Source of the DNA: Mobula hypostoma
Lineage: Eukaryota
DNA length: 64,000 nucleotides
Assembly: GCF_963921235.1 (NCBI RefSeq)
Contig: NC_086097.1
Location: 33,110,001 to 33,174,000 of the forward strand
Direction: 5' to 3'
Part shown: positions 63,719-64,000 of the stretch, one piece after another
Layout of the letters: each line of letters starts with the position of its first letter
Numbering within the stretch: the stretch's first letter is position 1
Program-made: the position numbers and the translations under genes
Notes under the pieces: model-generated
The model's database searches: none
What the model was told of the DNA's origin: nothing
The model's input: the letters and a program-made list of their open reading frames with translations, nothing else

Positions 63719-64000
63719 GTGAGGGGTATATGGCCAGAGCCTTGCAATTACAGCCACAACATCAGGCTGCATTACGGTGAAGGGTTGAAGGCAAATTTAA
63801 TGATTGTTCTGAAAACTGTTCCAAGATTGGATAGAATGCAGTGGATTCCTATTACTTGTGACACATTGAGACCAGTACATTTTGGCCCAAGTAAGCTGCT
63901 GCCCCAATTAGCCAAAGTTTTTTAGAAATATAGTTCAAAGTACATTTATTATCAAAGTTAAAATATTTAAAAGGGTATAAAAATACAAACTATCTTTTAA

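Overview
Eukaryotic, vertebrate genomic DNA; the repeat repertoire (CR1, Rex1/Babar, V-SINE, Penelope-derived fold-backs) suggests a cartilaginous fish, possibly a ray (inference). The window lies inside one + strand gene that I identify as TTLL5 (tubulin glutamylase). Nine internal coding exons (2807-63718) all have AG/GT boundaries and mutually compatible phases, and they splice into one stop-free frame resembling the region C-terminal to the TTL domain. The introns are mostly transposon DNA: several near-full-length CR1 LINEs (ORF1 zinc finger + coiled coil + SGNH esterase; ORF2 APE endonuclease + RT), Rex1-like LINE fragments, SINEs, a Tc1/pogo-like MITE, an internally deleted Gypsy element and two solo-LTR-like insertions, often nested with readable target-site duplications (TSDs). 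Most notable: three TSD-flanked ~200-bp fold-back elements carrying minimal hammerhead ribozyme motifs with stem-I covariation, a 36-nt symmetric exon, a stop-free in-frame 117-nt intron, a four-deep retrotransposon nest, and 86-bp tandem monomers at a CR1 5' end. Family names come from motif recognition and recalled sequences, not database searches; repeat boundaries without TSDs are approximate.
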